NCBI RefSeq assembly: GCF_035084215.1
Contig: NW_027139268.1
Location: 372,001-436,000 of the forward strand
Direction: 5' to 3'
DNA: 64,000 bases
DNA from: Heptranchias perlo
Taxonomy: Eukaryota
Made by a program: the position numbers and the translations under genes
Part shown: positions 30,027 to 42,717 of the stretch, in pieces
Numbering within the stretch: the first letter of the stretch is position 1
How the letters are laid out: every line of letters starts with the position of its first letter
The notes under the pieces: generated by a model
Database searches by the model: none
Told to the model about the DNA's origin: nothing
Seen by the model: the letters and a program-made list of their open reading frames with translations, nothing else

Positions 30027-30698
30027 TGACGATCCGGATTCTTTCCCCTCAGTCTGGTTCAGTAATAACTGAAGTCGAATACATTTTAAAGTCCAACACA
30101 TCTTTAATAGCAGGGTTCTTAGTCTGCAGCATTGATTTGGACTCCTGATAGAGTCCCTCTATGCTGGCAGAGCAAGAACCAAAACATACAGAAATCCACA
30201 CGTTTTTATACAGATGAATAGGGTTGGAACATACTTAACGAGGGTCAACACCAATCATAAGCCGGGCATAGGTTGCCATGCGAGGTTACATTATTTCCGA
30301 CCAATCATAAATCGTCCATGTGCTGATCATGCTGCTGTTAGACATCAAAGGGGATAACTTCCTCACTTTCCAACTTGGAATGTTCTTCCCTGTTCCTTCT
30401 GTTCCTTATCTCCCAACCTGGAATGTCTTTCAACTTTGGCTAAGCTCGTTCCCTATATTGATCTGCCATAAACATGGAGACATTCAGACCAGTCCTTGAA
30501 TCACATCAAAGACCTATCATTGATAAGACAATGCAGGCCTGCTGACTAAGCAAACATATGGCCCAGCAGGAGGGCCAGGCCACTTGTATCAATCTCAGTT
30601 ACTAACTAATTAACCCTTTCTAACCATTTTGCATTCTGCTTCTTTGCCACGTAGGCATCTTAATATTTTACCGAAAACTGACCACGTAGGGATCCTCA
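30027..30698 (-). repeat. 3' LTR (672 bp)
   Basis: Matches 35523-36194 except for 2 substitutions seen by eye. Minus-strand TATAAAA near 30203-30209, ATTAAA near 30103-30108, and two CCAAT boxes. Confidence 0.97.
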
Positions 30699-30710
30699 TT
30701 CCCCCCTTTT
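30699..30710 (-). other. Polypurine tract
   Basis: Minus strand AAAAGGGGGGAA abutting the 3' LTR. Confidence 0.9.
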
Positions 30711-31262
30711 ATCATTTTATGATAACCAATTATTACGGTGCTCACTGGTTCTGCAGGTTCTGCAGTGCAGCAACATTTAAGTAAGCAATAAACTATAAGA
30801 ATTATAACAATGAATATGACTAGCCCTTGAACTGGAGAAGTCCCAATAGAACACAGACATGTTTCATCAATACGCCTTTGTACTCTTATCTGTTCTCAGG
30901 AACAGACTCCTTCTAAACATCTCTCAAGTAAGCTGCGAATGTCCTTGGTCAGCTAAACCTATTCATGTTAGTTTGAAAAGGCTAACATAGTCAAATATCC
31001 TATGGTGCTTTATATTTTGTTTCCAGCCTAACTGGACTGAATGGTACCTTTCAGACCATTTTACACCTGTGAATTGGTGCCCTCCCCATTATATCCCTTA
31101 ATCCAAATTCTCCCTACAATATCCCGTTAGATGCTGTACCTCATCTTAACCAGGTTCCCTTCGTGTTGGCCACCAGTCCGGGTGGAAGAGAGGCAGAGCA
31201 TCTGATAATCCTATCGAACTATAATTGTCTTCCCTTTTACATGCACCTTACCCCAGCGGGTG

Positions 31263-33960
31263 CTACTCCCGGTACCATTCAGATGTGTTCTTAGTTGAAA
31301 CCACAGAGACAATGGGGACATTCTCACCCAGGCTCTGTTTTACTGCCTTTGCCAAACCCTTCATCCTCTGCTTACATTTATTACATGCAATGAAAATCAA
31401 GAAGCACATTACAACAAACTGCACTACGACTAATACATATGAAACTAATCTAATCCAAAGATGGATCTGTATATTCAGTCCCAAATTCCAGAGGTCATTT
31501 CACCAGGTGGTGACTTTAATTTGGTCAATGTCATGCTTAATGTTGTTATTGTCCTGTTGTAGGTTATAATAAACCTTCTGGGAGAGGCGTATCTCCATTC
31601 GCAATGCTTCCAAGTATTTAGGCAACAGGGGTGTCAGATACCCAAATGTGTCCTGATATTCTTTTAAGTCCTTTCTGACATTCTCAGAAACTTGTAAGGT
31701 GGTGATGTTATGCCGGTGTATCTCTACCAGTTCCTCGGGTCCAATCCGAACCAGGACTTCAGAAATGGAGCAGAATTCTGGACTTAAAATATCACAAGTT
31801 AGATTGGCATATTTAAATGTTTTCAAATTAGTTGTAACACAGTATTCGCCCTCTCCGGCATATACCACTTAAGTGGGTTTTAGATCCGCCTCTAGGGCCT
31901 CCATGGTACAGTTAATATCCGGATTGGTACCGGTATTATTAAACCCACACTGTGCTTCTAGGCTGTGTCCAACACTATGTGGACACACAGTGACAACATG
32001 TCTAGTAACACATCCCTTTAATTTTGTTCCAGCCAATCAGCTTAAATCTACGTCCTCTAGTTCTTGAACCCTCTGCTAGGGGAAACAGGTACTTCCTGTC
32101 TACTCTATCTGGGCCCTTCATAATCTTGTAATTTTGTATCCATCGTGCGGATATCTTCTAAATATTGTTTCTCCCAATTTTATTGTTAACTGATGGGAAC
32201 CTAACCCTGAATTTTGGAAATCCAAATTACTGTGTCCCTCTTTACTTTAATTTCAGTCCTTTTGATTGATACCAGTGTTTCCTGACTGTTTCATTAATTA
32301 GTTGGTTTCTCTATGGACCATGTGTCAGTGCCTTGTTTAAAAGGATTTCTCACTCGCCTGGACCACATTAACCATTTTCCTGTTGTGCTGTTGTCAAGTA
32401 ACTGAGCCTGTCTGAGACTCATTCTTCACTGTATCTTCTTCATGTATCTCCGCATACTAGCAGCATCTCATAGGAATGAGCTTAGTGTTCTTGGATATTA
32501 ACTTTCTGCTGGCCAGTCTCTTCTTCCTCATGGTATTTCCGAACATTTTCCATGGCACACATCATATGTCCTGTAGGATTCAGTCCTGTAAAAGCAACTG
32601 GTTTGTTTAAAGAGTGGTTGCAATAGCTCACCAGGCCATAGGCCTTTGTAATCATGTTCTTCATCCTGATCTCCATTTCAGATGATGGCAACATACATTT
32701 GTATCTTTTATGTCCACTGTAGCCACTCTTAGGTTTTCAGGTTATCTTATCAAAAAGATCAGGGGTGTCTCGAGTGCTTATCTCCCCCTGCATGGTCCCG
32801 ATGTCAGGGTAGTGGCCAGGCTATTGAGTGTAGTTTTCTCATTATTCATTATAGGCAAGGACACAAATATCTCCACGAGAAAGCTATCAATTTACTATTC
32901 TCAACTACACTTTCCTGACTTCCACTAGATTGTATATTTATGCCAGATTGATTTTTTTATCATGCCCAATTCAATGACTTAGAGAAATTCCCATATCTCC
33001 CCACCTCGAGCATTCTGTCTCGGAAGACAACAAATAGGCTAAAACAAAACAAATCAAAATGTTTTCAAAAGAAGAGAATCAGGTTGATATCACCACGCTG
33101 TGACATTTGGTATCCGCTGATGTCTGCAGCTAAAGTCTTAAATCTTTAACACCACTGGATCGTTTCCTGCACCAAATTTCTCCAGCAAAGATTGCACCGT
33201 AACTTTGTAATTACTCTTGGTAATCCTGCACCATCAACACTCACGTGGTCCCAAAAAAAAAACCCAGGGTCACCTGTTTTAAAAGAAACACAGAAAATCC
33301 ATTGCGGCTCTTCTTGAGAGCCCAAGTGATTAATTTGTCAAATCTTCATTTATTATTTATTTATCCAAAGGAATAATCCCTATACCCGAAACAAATTTAG
33401 AAAACAAAACAGGAGAGAGAAATTGCCTAGTTCCACTCTCTCTGAAGCACGCAGCCTGTCTGAAATAAACACTGTCTCTTCCACATGCAGATGTATGCAG
33501 GGCTGCAGACTGGAATTTCTAACTCCAAGTCCTGATCTCTGTGTTTTCAAGATGTAACCACATTAAGCAGATATCATTAGCAGCCGCCTGCTAAGATACG
33601 TTATATTCCTCTTTTATTAATTTATTAATGGTTTGGGCATGTGTTTCTAGCACTGTAGCTATCCTTTGCAAATATATGGTCAGCATTTGATCCTCAGACA
33701 ATTCCTTATCTGTATTTTCATTTATCTTTTAATATATCTTTAATGCGAGACCCTAAATCTCTGACCTTTTGATCTAATGTTGTCAAATCAATGGTGTTAA
33801 CAACTGAGGCAAAGGCAGTTGCTATATCACTTATCACAGATCTTTACGTCTCCATATTTGCCTATCTCTTTTTACGATGTCCACCTCCATTCCATGTCGC
33901 TCTTTGTTTTAACACTTGAGTTAGGAGGTGTTGATCTAATTGTTGAGTTTTCTTAACATT
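31263..33960 (-). pseudogene. env: Decayed envelope / class I viral fusion glycoprotein (F-like)
   Basis: In order: RKKR furin site (33876-33865); SVISDIATAFASVVNTIDLTTLDQKV fusion-peptide-like segment; heptad IATVLETHAQTINKLIKEE. Then one frame 32036-31263 with two stops: Cys-rich GCVTRHVVTVCP..CGF..CT..YAGEGEYC..C..C, an HR2-like segment, W*NDLW, a TM segment (LVSYVLVVVQFVVMCFLIFIAC) and a basic tail. Confidence 0.7.
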
Positions 33961-35502
33961 CTCAATGCGAGTTATATAATTTGTCAGGGAAGGTCTCCCC
34001 TCTTTGGTCAGATCTTGTATTCTACTATTAATTTCAAATAAAATTGAATAGCCCCAGAACTTGTCAAAACTTCCTTATCATACTGTGGCAGGATAAAACT
34101 GATAGGCGTTTAGTACCCTGTGTCAGTACATAGCTCAAGTAATGGACTTCCAATTGTCTAACCTATGCTTCCTTTTCATATGATTTGTTTTACATTCCTT
34201 TCTTATCAATTTTTCACTGTAGCGTGAAAACTTATATCTCAGTCAATTGTAGCCTTTGGCATTTCCGAGTGATTGGGACAATTTTACCAATATAACCGAT
34301 ACCAATTATTACCTCATGTTCACCTGTGTTCTGGGCAAGCCTCAGACAGTTCTCAACCGACTGGGTCATTTCTATCTGTTTGAACTGGTCTTGGCAGGAC
34401 AGTCTGGCTTCTTGGGATGGAAGGGGTTAATATTAACTTGCTCTTGTGGTAGGAGTAACTTGATCCTTCTCCCTTTTGAGATTAAGTTCCCACCTTCAAA
34501 ATTTCACTTCACACAGGTTTGACTGATTTTTTACTTCTCACATTTGTGGATTGCTTTATACTATATTTTTGCACACTATTTTTTTACATACTTTTAGTGG
34601 ATGTGATTATAATCAACGCTCCGAGCTGTTCCAGCTTTCCGACTTTTCCTATCACAATGATACCAGATAGTTTTTTTAATGTATCCCGTTAATTTTTAAC
34701 CTTTTTAAACCACAGCCAATCACAAAATAAACATTCAAAATGCCAATTTTTTTGAAGATCCCATGTCTGGAATTTAACATGCCCACACTTTATAAGAACC
34801 AGAATTTAATAGGTCACTTAACCTCAATAACTCCAATTTTAATTCAGCAGTATCAGAATTAAACACACGACAAGACAGATACATTACACAAAGGAAGAAA
34901 ACACGCAAGTCACAGTAAGAAGGGGGCGTGGCCCACAACACCGACAAAAAAAACACTGATCAAGACAGGCTTTTTAAAGAGACAGTACACTTAAACAACA
35001 GAACCTTTCTTTTTCGGGTCTCTGTCTTTTAAACATTTGTCTAGTCACTTAATTCTATCCATTTTTTTTTACAGTACTGTCTCCATAAAGCAATTAGTTC
35101 TTTGGCTGAGGTACCTCTGTTATTTTTCCAAATTAATTCCTGAGCCTTTTTTGGCGGCATCTAAGTTTTTATCAATAGTTCCTGTTTATATCCAATCATC
35201 AGGAACTTAAACCCTGACTACCCTCAGTGATATTAACCACTGACCGACCGCTTACCAGTTATTCCCTCAGTGATATTAACCACTGACCTACCTGCTATTT
35301 CTGTGTATTCGCCAGACTGACCTGAATCTTGTAAGGACACCACACGAGTGTTAGCGATTGGACGATTCGTCGTCAGACTGACGGATTGGAGGAAAACCGA
35401 CGTAGTAAATTAAGACTACTTACATCGGGGCGCCATTTCCTTCCTCCGTGTCTGAGACAATCCGCCTCTTACTCCGCGAACTCTCGGTGAACGACCGTTA
35501 AG

Positions 35503-35520
35503 ATCCCACCGCTGCCACCA
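35503..35520 (-). other. Primer-binding site, tRNA-Leu
   Basis: Minus strand TGGTGGCAGCGGTGGGAT, an 18-nt complement of the vertebrate tRNA-Leu(AAG/TAG) 3' end, 2 nt from the 5' LTR. Confidence 0.9.
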
Positions 35521-35522
35521 AA

Positions 35523-36194
35523 TGACGATCCGGATTCTTTCCCCTCAGTCTGGTTCAGTAATAACTGAAGTCGAATACATTTTAAAGTCCAACACATCTT
35601 TAATAGCAGGGTTCTTAGTCTGCAGCATTGATTTGGACTCCTGATAGAGTCCCTCTATGCTGGCAGAGCAAGAACAAAAACATACAGAAATCCACACGTT
35701 TTTATACAGATGAATAGGGTTGGAACATACTTAACGAGGGTCAACACCAATCATAAGCCGGGCATAGGTTGCCATGCGAGGTTACATTATTTCCGACCAA
35801 TCATAAATCGTCCATGTGCTGATCATGCTGCTGTTAGACATCAAAGGGGATAACTTCCTCACTTTCCAACTTGGAATGTTCTTCCCTGTTCCTTCTGTTC
35901 CTTATCTCCCAACCTGGAATGTCTTTCAACTTTGGCTAAGCTCGTTCCCTATATTGATCTGCCATAAACATGGAGACATTCAGACCAGTCCTTGACTCAC
36001 ATCAAAGACCTATCATTGATAAGACAATGCAGGCCTGCTGACTAAGCAAACATATGGCCCAGCAGGAGGGCCAGGCCACTTGTATCAATCTCAGTTACTA
36101 ACTAATTAACCCTTTCTAACCATTTTGCATTCTGCTTCTTTGCCACGTAGGCATCTTAATATTTTACCGAAAACTGACCACGTAGGGATCCTCA
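35523..36194 (-). repeat. 5' LTR (672 bp)
   Basis: Direct repeat of 30027-30698, adjacent to the PBS. Confidence 0.97.
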
Positions 36195-39100
36195 TCGGTA
36201 AACACCGATAGATTTACCCTAATCCCCTCTCTCGGTAAACACTGATAGATTTACCCTAAACCCCTCTCTCAGTAAACATCGATAGATTTACCCTAATCCC
36301 CTCTCCTGGTAAACACCGATAGATTTACCCTAATCCCCTCTCTCGGTAAACATCGATAGATTTACCCTAATCCCCTCTCCTGGTAAACACCGATAGATTT
36401 ACCCAAATCCCCTCTCTCGGTAAACACCGATAGATTTACCCTAATCCCCTCTCTCGGTGAACACCGATAGATTTACCCTAATCCCCTCTCTCGGTAAACA
36501 CCAATAGATTTACCCTAATCCCCTCTCTCGGTGAACACCGATAGATTTACCCTAATGCCCTCTCTCAGGAAACACCGATAGATTTACCCTAATCCCCTCT
36601 CTCGGTAAACACCGATAGATTTACCCTAATCCCCTCTCTCCTGGTAAACACCGATAGATTTACCCCAATCCCCTCTCTCGGTAAACACCGATAGATTTAC
36701 CCTAATCCCCCCTCTCCTGGTAAACACCGATAGATTTACCCTAATCCCCTCTCTCGGTGAACACCGATAGATTTACCCTAATCCCCTCTCTCGGTGAACA
36801 CCGATAGATTTACCCTAATCCCCTCTCTCAGTAAACACCGATTGATTTACCCTAATCCCCTCTCTCCTGGTGAACACCGATAGATTTACCCCAATCCCCT
36901 CTCTCCTGGTGAACACCGATAGATTTACCCTAATCCCCTCTCCTGGTAAACACCGATAGATTTACCCTAATCCACTCTCTCGGTGAACACCATTAGATTT
37001 ACCCTAATCCCCTCTCTCGGTAAACACCAATAGATTTACCCTAATCCCCTCTCTCGCTGAACACCGATAGATTTACCCTAATCCCCTCTCTCGGTAAACA
37101 CCGATAGCTTTACCCTAATCCCCTCTCTCGGTGAACACCGATAGATTGACCCTAGTCCCCTCTCTCGGTGAACACCGATAGATTTACCCTAATCCCCTCT
37201 CTCGGTGAACACCGATAGATTGACCCTAATCCCCTCTCTCGGTGAACACCGATAGATTTACCCTAATCCCCTCTCTCGGTGAACACCGATAGATTTACCC
37301 TAATCCCCTCTCTCGGTGAACACCGATAGATTTACCCTAATCCCCTCTCTCGGTGAACACCGATAGAGTTACCCTAATCCCCTCTCTCGGTGAACACTGA
37401 TAGATTTACCCGAATCCCCTCTCTCGGTAAACACCGATAGATTTAACCTAATCCCCTCTCTCGGTGAACACCGATAGATTTACCCTAATCCCCTCTCTCA
37501 GTGAACACCGATAGATTTACCCCAATCCCCTCTCTCGGTGAACACCGATAGATTTACCCTAATCCCCTCTCTCGGTAAACACTAATAGTTTTACCCTAAT
37601 CCCCTCTCTCGGTAAACACTGATAGATTTACCCTAATCCCCTCTCTCGGTGAACACCGGTAGATTTACCCCAATCCCCTCTCTCGGTAAACACTGATAGA
37701 TTTACCCCATTCCCCTCTCTCGGTAAACATTGATAGATTTACCCTAATCCCCTCTCTCGGTAAACACCGATAGATTGACCCAAATCCCCTCTCTCCTGGT
37801 AAACACCGATAGATTTAACCGAATCCCCTCTCTCGGTAAACACCGATAGATTTACCCTAATCCCCTCTCTCCTGGTAAACACCGATAGATTTACCCCAAT
37901 CCCCTCTCTCGGTAAACACCGATAGATTTACCCCAATCCCCTCTCTCGGTAAACACCGATAGATTTACCCTAATCCCCTCTCTCCTGGTGAACACCGATA
38001 GATTTACCCTAATCCCCTCTCTCGGTGAACACCGATAGATTTACCGTAATCCCCTCTCTCGGTAAACACCGACAGATTTACCCTAATCCCCTCTCTCGGT
38101 GAACACCGATAGATTTACCCTAATCCCCTCTCTCCTGGTAAACACCGATAGATTTACCCTAATCCCCTCTCTCGGTGAACACTGATAGATTTACCCTAAT
38201 CCCCTCTCTCGGTAAACACCGATAGATTTACCCTAATCCCCTCTCTCGGTGAACACCGATAGATTTACCCCAATCCCCTCTCTCGGTGAACACCGATAGA
38301 TTTACCCTAATCCCCTCTCTCGGTAAACACCGATAGATTTACCCTAATCCCCTCTCTCGGTAAACACCGATAGATTTACCCTAATCCCCTCTCTCGGTGA
38401 ACACCGATAGATTGACCCTAATCCCCTCTCTCGGTGAACACCGATAGATTTACCCTAATCCCCTCTCTCGGTGAACACCGATAGATTTACCCTAATCCCC
38501 TCTCTCGGTGAACACCGATAGATTTACCCTAATCCCCTCTCTCGGTGAACACCGATAGAGTTACCCTAATCCCCTCTCTCGGTGAACACTGATAGATTTA
38601 CCCGAATCCCCTCTCTCGGTAAACACCGATAGATTTAACCTAATCCCCTCTCTCGGTGAACACCGATAGATTTACCCTAATCCCCTCTCTCAGTGAACAC
38701 CGATAGATTTACCCCAATCCCCTCTCTCGGTGAACACCGATAGATTTACCCTAATCCCCTCTCTCGGTAAACACTAATAGTTTTACCCTAATCCCCTCTC
38801 TCGGTAAACACTGATAGATTTACCCTAATCCCCTCTCTCGGTGAACACCGGTAGATTTACCCCAATCCCCTCTCTCGGTAAACACTGATAGATTTACCCC
38901 ATTCCCCTCTCTCGGTAAACATTGATAGATTTACCCTAATCCCCTCTCTCGGTAAACACCGATAGATTGACCCAAATCCCCTCTCTCCTGGTAAACACCG
39001 ATAGATTTAACCGAATCCCCTCTCTCGGTAAACACCGATAGATTTACCCTAATCCCCTCTCTCCTGGTAAACACCGATAGATTTACCCCAATCCCCTCTC

Positions 39101-39757
39101 TCGGTAAACACCGATAGATTTACCCCAATCCCCTCTCTCGGTAAACACCGATAGATTTACCCTAATCCCCTCTCTCCTGGTGAACACCGATAGATTTACC
39201 CTAATCCCCTCTCTCGGTGAACACCGATAGATTTACCGTAATCCCCTCTCTCGGTAAACACCGACAGATTTACCCTAATCCCCTCTCTCGGTGAACACCG
39301 ATAGATTTACCCTAATCCCCTCTCTCCTGGTAAACACCGATAGATTTACCCTAATCCCCTCTCTCGGTGAACACTGATAGATTTACCCTAATCCCCTCTC
39401 TCGGTAAACACCGATAGATTTACCCTAATCCCCTCTCTCGGTGAACACCGATAGATTTACCCCAATCCCCTCTCTCGGTGAACACCGATAGATTTACCCT
39501 AATCCCCTCTCTCGGTAAACACCGATAGATTTACCCTAATCCCCTCTCTCGGTAAACACCGATAGATTTACCCTAATCCCCTCTCTCGGTGAACACCGAT
39601 AGATTTACCCTAATCCCCTCTCTCGGTGAACACCGATAGATTTACCCTAATCCCCTCTCTCGGTGAACACCGATAGATTTACCCTAATCCCCTCTCTCGG
39701 TGAACACCGATAGATTTACCCTAATCCCCTCTCTCGGTGAACACCGATAGATTTACC
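36195..39757. repeat. 37-bp satellite variant B, right of the LTR element
   Basis: The array resumes in register after the TSD. Confidence 0.97.
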
Positions 39758-39994
39758 ATGTGAGGTTTGAGGTTATCTCTGTTGTCTGCAGCTGTTCTGA
39801 TGACACAGTGAGTTTATGAAATAGGTGGTTGAGCCCCAGATGAAGATTGCAGGTTCCATCCTTGGTCTGTTTTAATCAGCTGGTCATCCCCATACCTATT
39901 ACTGAGGAGTCAGGGCCGTCTGGGGCAGCCCCATTAGCAATGGGAAGGACTGCGAGCAGTCTCTGGATTTCTCCCTACGCCCTGCAATATGGTA

Positions 39995-40100
39995 TTCACT
40001 TCATGAACCTCAGACAGTTGAAAGGCTGAGTGGACGTTGTTGGGATTCAAACCTGGGACCCTTCACCCCTTCGTCCAGCTCTCAACCAGCTGAGCTACCC
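39995..40100 (-). mobile_element. tRNA-derived SINE head fragment
   Basis: Minus strand GGTAGCTCAGCTGG (box A-like) and GGTTTGAATCCC (box B-like), without a full tRNA cloverleaf. Confidence 0.5.
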
Positions 40101-40519
40101 AACGCTCTGAAGGAACGTAGACCTGTTGAGCTGAGATTATCGGGGCCCTGGGCCACTGGCAGAGCCTTGCACACAGTGTGTGGATCATTGGAGGTGCCCA
40201 CAATTCTTGGTCCATTGCCATTAATGAATGGAAAATCACGGGCAGTGGGCCGACTATTTACTGATAAACTGCCCTCTGGGGGTGAGGGCCCATCGCTGGA
40301 GCAGGGACTCCGAAAATACCACCGCCCCCACCCCCCTTCAATGCCGCAACCAACTGGAGAGACATGCACAAGGATCAAACTTCGATAAACTCTGCACACG
40401 GAGACTCATTTGTATTTTTATTATAAAGCCGGACATGATCTCCTTTAAGGATGAAGTGAAATCATTCATTCAATGTGTATCTAATACGTGAGGTCATTAC
40501 AGTGAACAGAAAAACAAGT

Positions 40520-41393
40520 CTCCCACTCTGACCCGACTGAGCCCCACTCCCCACTCTGACCCGACTGAGTCCCACTCCCCACTCTAACCCGACTGAGCCC
40601 CACTCCCCACTCTGACCCGACTGAGTCCCACTCCCCACTCTGACCCGACTGAGTCCCACTCCCCACTCTGACCCGACTGAGTCCCACTCCCCACTCTGAC
40701 CCGACTGAATCCCACTCCCCACTCTGACCCGACTGAATCCCACTCCCCACTCTGACCCGACTGAGCCCCACTCCCCACTCACACCCGACTGAGCCCCACT
40801 CCCCACTCTGACCCGACTGAGTCCCACTCCCCACTCTGACCCGACTGAGTCCCACTCCCCACTCTGACCCGACTGAGTCCCACTCCCCACTCTGACCCGA
40901 CTGAATCCCACTCCCCACTCTGACCCGACTGAATCCCACTCCCCACTCTGACCCGACTGAGCCCCACTCCCCACTCACACCCGACTGAGCCCCACTCCCC
41001 ACTCTGACCCGACTGAATCCCACTCCCCACTCTGACCCGACTGAGTCCCACTCCCCACTCTAACCCGACTGAGGCCCACTCCCAACTCTGACCCGACTGA
41101 GTCCCACTCCCCACTCTGACCCGACTGAATCCCACTCCCCACTCTAACCCGACTGAGGCCCACTCCCCACTCTGACCCGACTGAGTCCCACTCCCCACTC
41201 TGACCCGACTGAGCCCCACTCCCCACTCTGACCCGACTGAGCCCCACTCCCCACTCTAACCCGACTGAGGCCCACTCCCCACTCTGACCCGACAGAGCCC
41301 CACTCCCCACTCTGACCCGACTTAGGCCCACTCCCCACTCTGACCCGACTGAATCCCACTCCCCACTCTAACCCGACTGAGGCCCACTCCCCA
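40520..41393. repeat. 28-bp minisatellite CCCACTCCCCACTCTGACCCGACTGAGT, about 31 copies
   Basis: Direct periodicity. Confidence 0.95.
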
Positions 41394-42186
41394 ATTAATT
41401 CCTATCCCCGATGGACCCACAAATAACAAGAATTGCTTGAGACGGCCCTAAACTCTCCTCACATGAAACCTTTATCGACCTTTCATCTGGGTTGTATTTG
41501 AACTCAGGTGAAAGACAGATTTTCTTATAAACCTCCCCAGTTTAGTAATAGAAGAATCTTTCTGTAACTTTACGCACAGAGGAAAATATTCCCCAATTGA
41601 TGTGATTTTCTTTATGGATCCTCTATCTCCTGTGGCATTTCTAGCCTGGGCCAAGTTAGCTGACCTGAGCACCAATCATTCTCGGCTCTCCCTGGGCTGG
41701 GGGCGAGACAGACTCTGAGCTACGGTTCCTGGTCCTGATCCCTCGCCCGTGTGGGAATCCGGTGGGGCCCAGGTCAGGCTGAGCTGTGATGCCTTCCACA
41801 GTCGAATAATAGCTTGCCAGCAGTCCCCGTGCAGGCTGATATATGAAGGTCGGCCGTGAGGGAAAGATACTGTCGGTACTCGGGCTCTATTGGAATCAGA
41901 ACAGAGCAAGGTATCAATACCCCTGTATCAAGAGAAGGGGAAATGTTGATAAAGGTGAACGATTCCCCTGCGGGATTGTGGAGGGGGCGAGTCAGAGGAT
42001 ATACTGTTTCGTAAAGAGGGGTGTTATCGGCAAGATATGAGGGGGGAACGTGTCCCCAGAAGGAATTGTGTACTGTATGCAAAGCCGATAACACCTTCTC
42101 GATATATCACCTTGGATTTCAGTATTTTCATGTTCCAGTTATAATTGTCGAATGTTTATAACGTTCTCCCTGTCTATTATTAAAAG

Positions 42187-42717
42187 TGCTGGCTCTGATC
42201 ACTCTCGATCCCAGAACCGGGCAGTCCAGGCTTGTAGTACCTGAGGACCTGACCATGGTGGACGCCAATGATCTGAGCCAATAACCTAAACAACGTCTGC
42301 CAGGGGTATGAGCAGTGCACCTGCGTTCTGAGCAGCCAGGGATTCACCTCAGGGAATCACTACTGGGAGATGGAGGCGGCCAACAAGACCGACTGGGACT
42401 TGGGACTGGCCCAGGAGACGGCCAACAGGAAGGGGCAGATCACGCTGACCCTCGATTGGGTCGTGGACCATCTGTCAGAGGTACGAGCACATCGAAGGGG
42501 CTCTGACCTCACCCTCCACTGTCCTCAAACTAACAACCAAGCCCAGGAAGGTCAGGGTCTATGAGGGAGGACAGGTGTCCTTTTACAATGCTGATGACAT
42601 GTTCCATCTCTGCACTTTTTCACTCACACGTTCAAAGACAAACTGTTCCCTTTCTTTAATCCTTGGTGGAACAAAAGTAGGAGAAACACGGAACCTCTTT
42701 TAAACGGCGTCATTTGA
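42187..42717 (+). pseudogene. TRIM pseudogene PRY-SPRY (B30.2) terminal exon
   Basis: aaag| acceptor in phase with the 20420 donor gives ILSP-VLALITLDPRT. Further motifs: CVLSSQGFTSGNHYWEME..KTDWDLGLA..NRKG, EGGQVSFYNADDM and KLFPFFNP. TAA at 42282 plus frameshifts. Confidence 0.9.

Larger units (their letters stand above)
30027..36194 (-). mobile_element. Endogenous retrovirus-like LTR element, non-autonomous, with decayed F-like env
   Basis: Two 672-bp TG..CA LTRs and a 4-bp TSD TCGG (30023-30026 / 36195-36198). PBS and PPT both orient it on the minus strand. The 4.8-kb interior has env remnants and no recognisable RT or integrase. Confidence 0.95.

Noticed and set aside
34200-35300. gag gene in the LTR element
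   Set aside because: Position fits, but I see only short broken frames with no major homology region or zinc knuckle. A profile search is needed.
1-39757. CRISPR-like appearance of the 37-bp repeats
   Set aside because: Units are contiguous with no unique spacers, there are no cas genes, and the context is vertebrate.
39995-40100. tRNA gene
   Set aside because: Only A/B-box-like motifs, no convincing cloverleaf; better explained as a SINE head.
41400-42180. Short ORFs (e.g. 41774-42094) in unique intronic DNA
   Set aside because: No recognisable motif or splice context.
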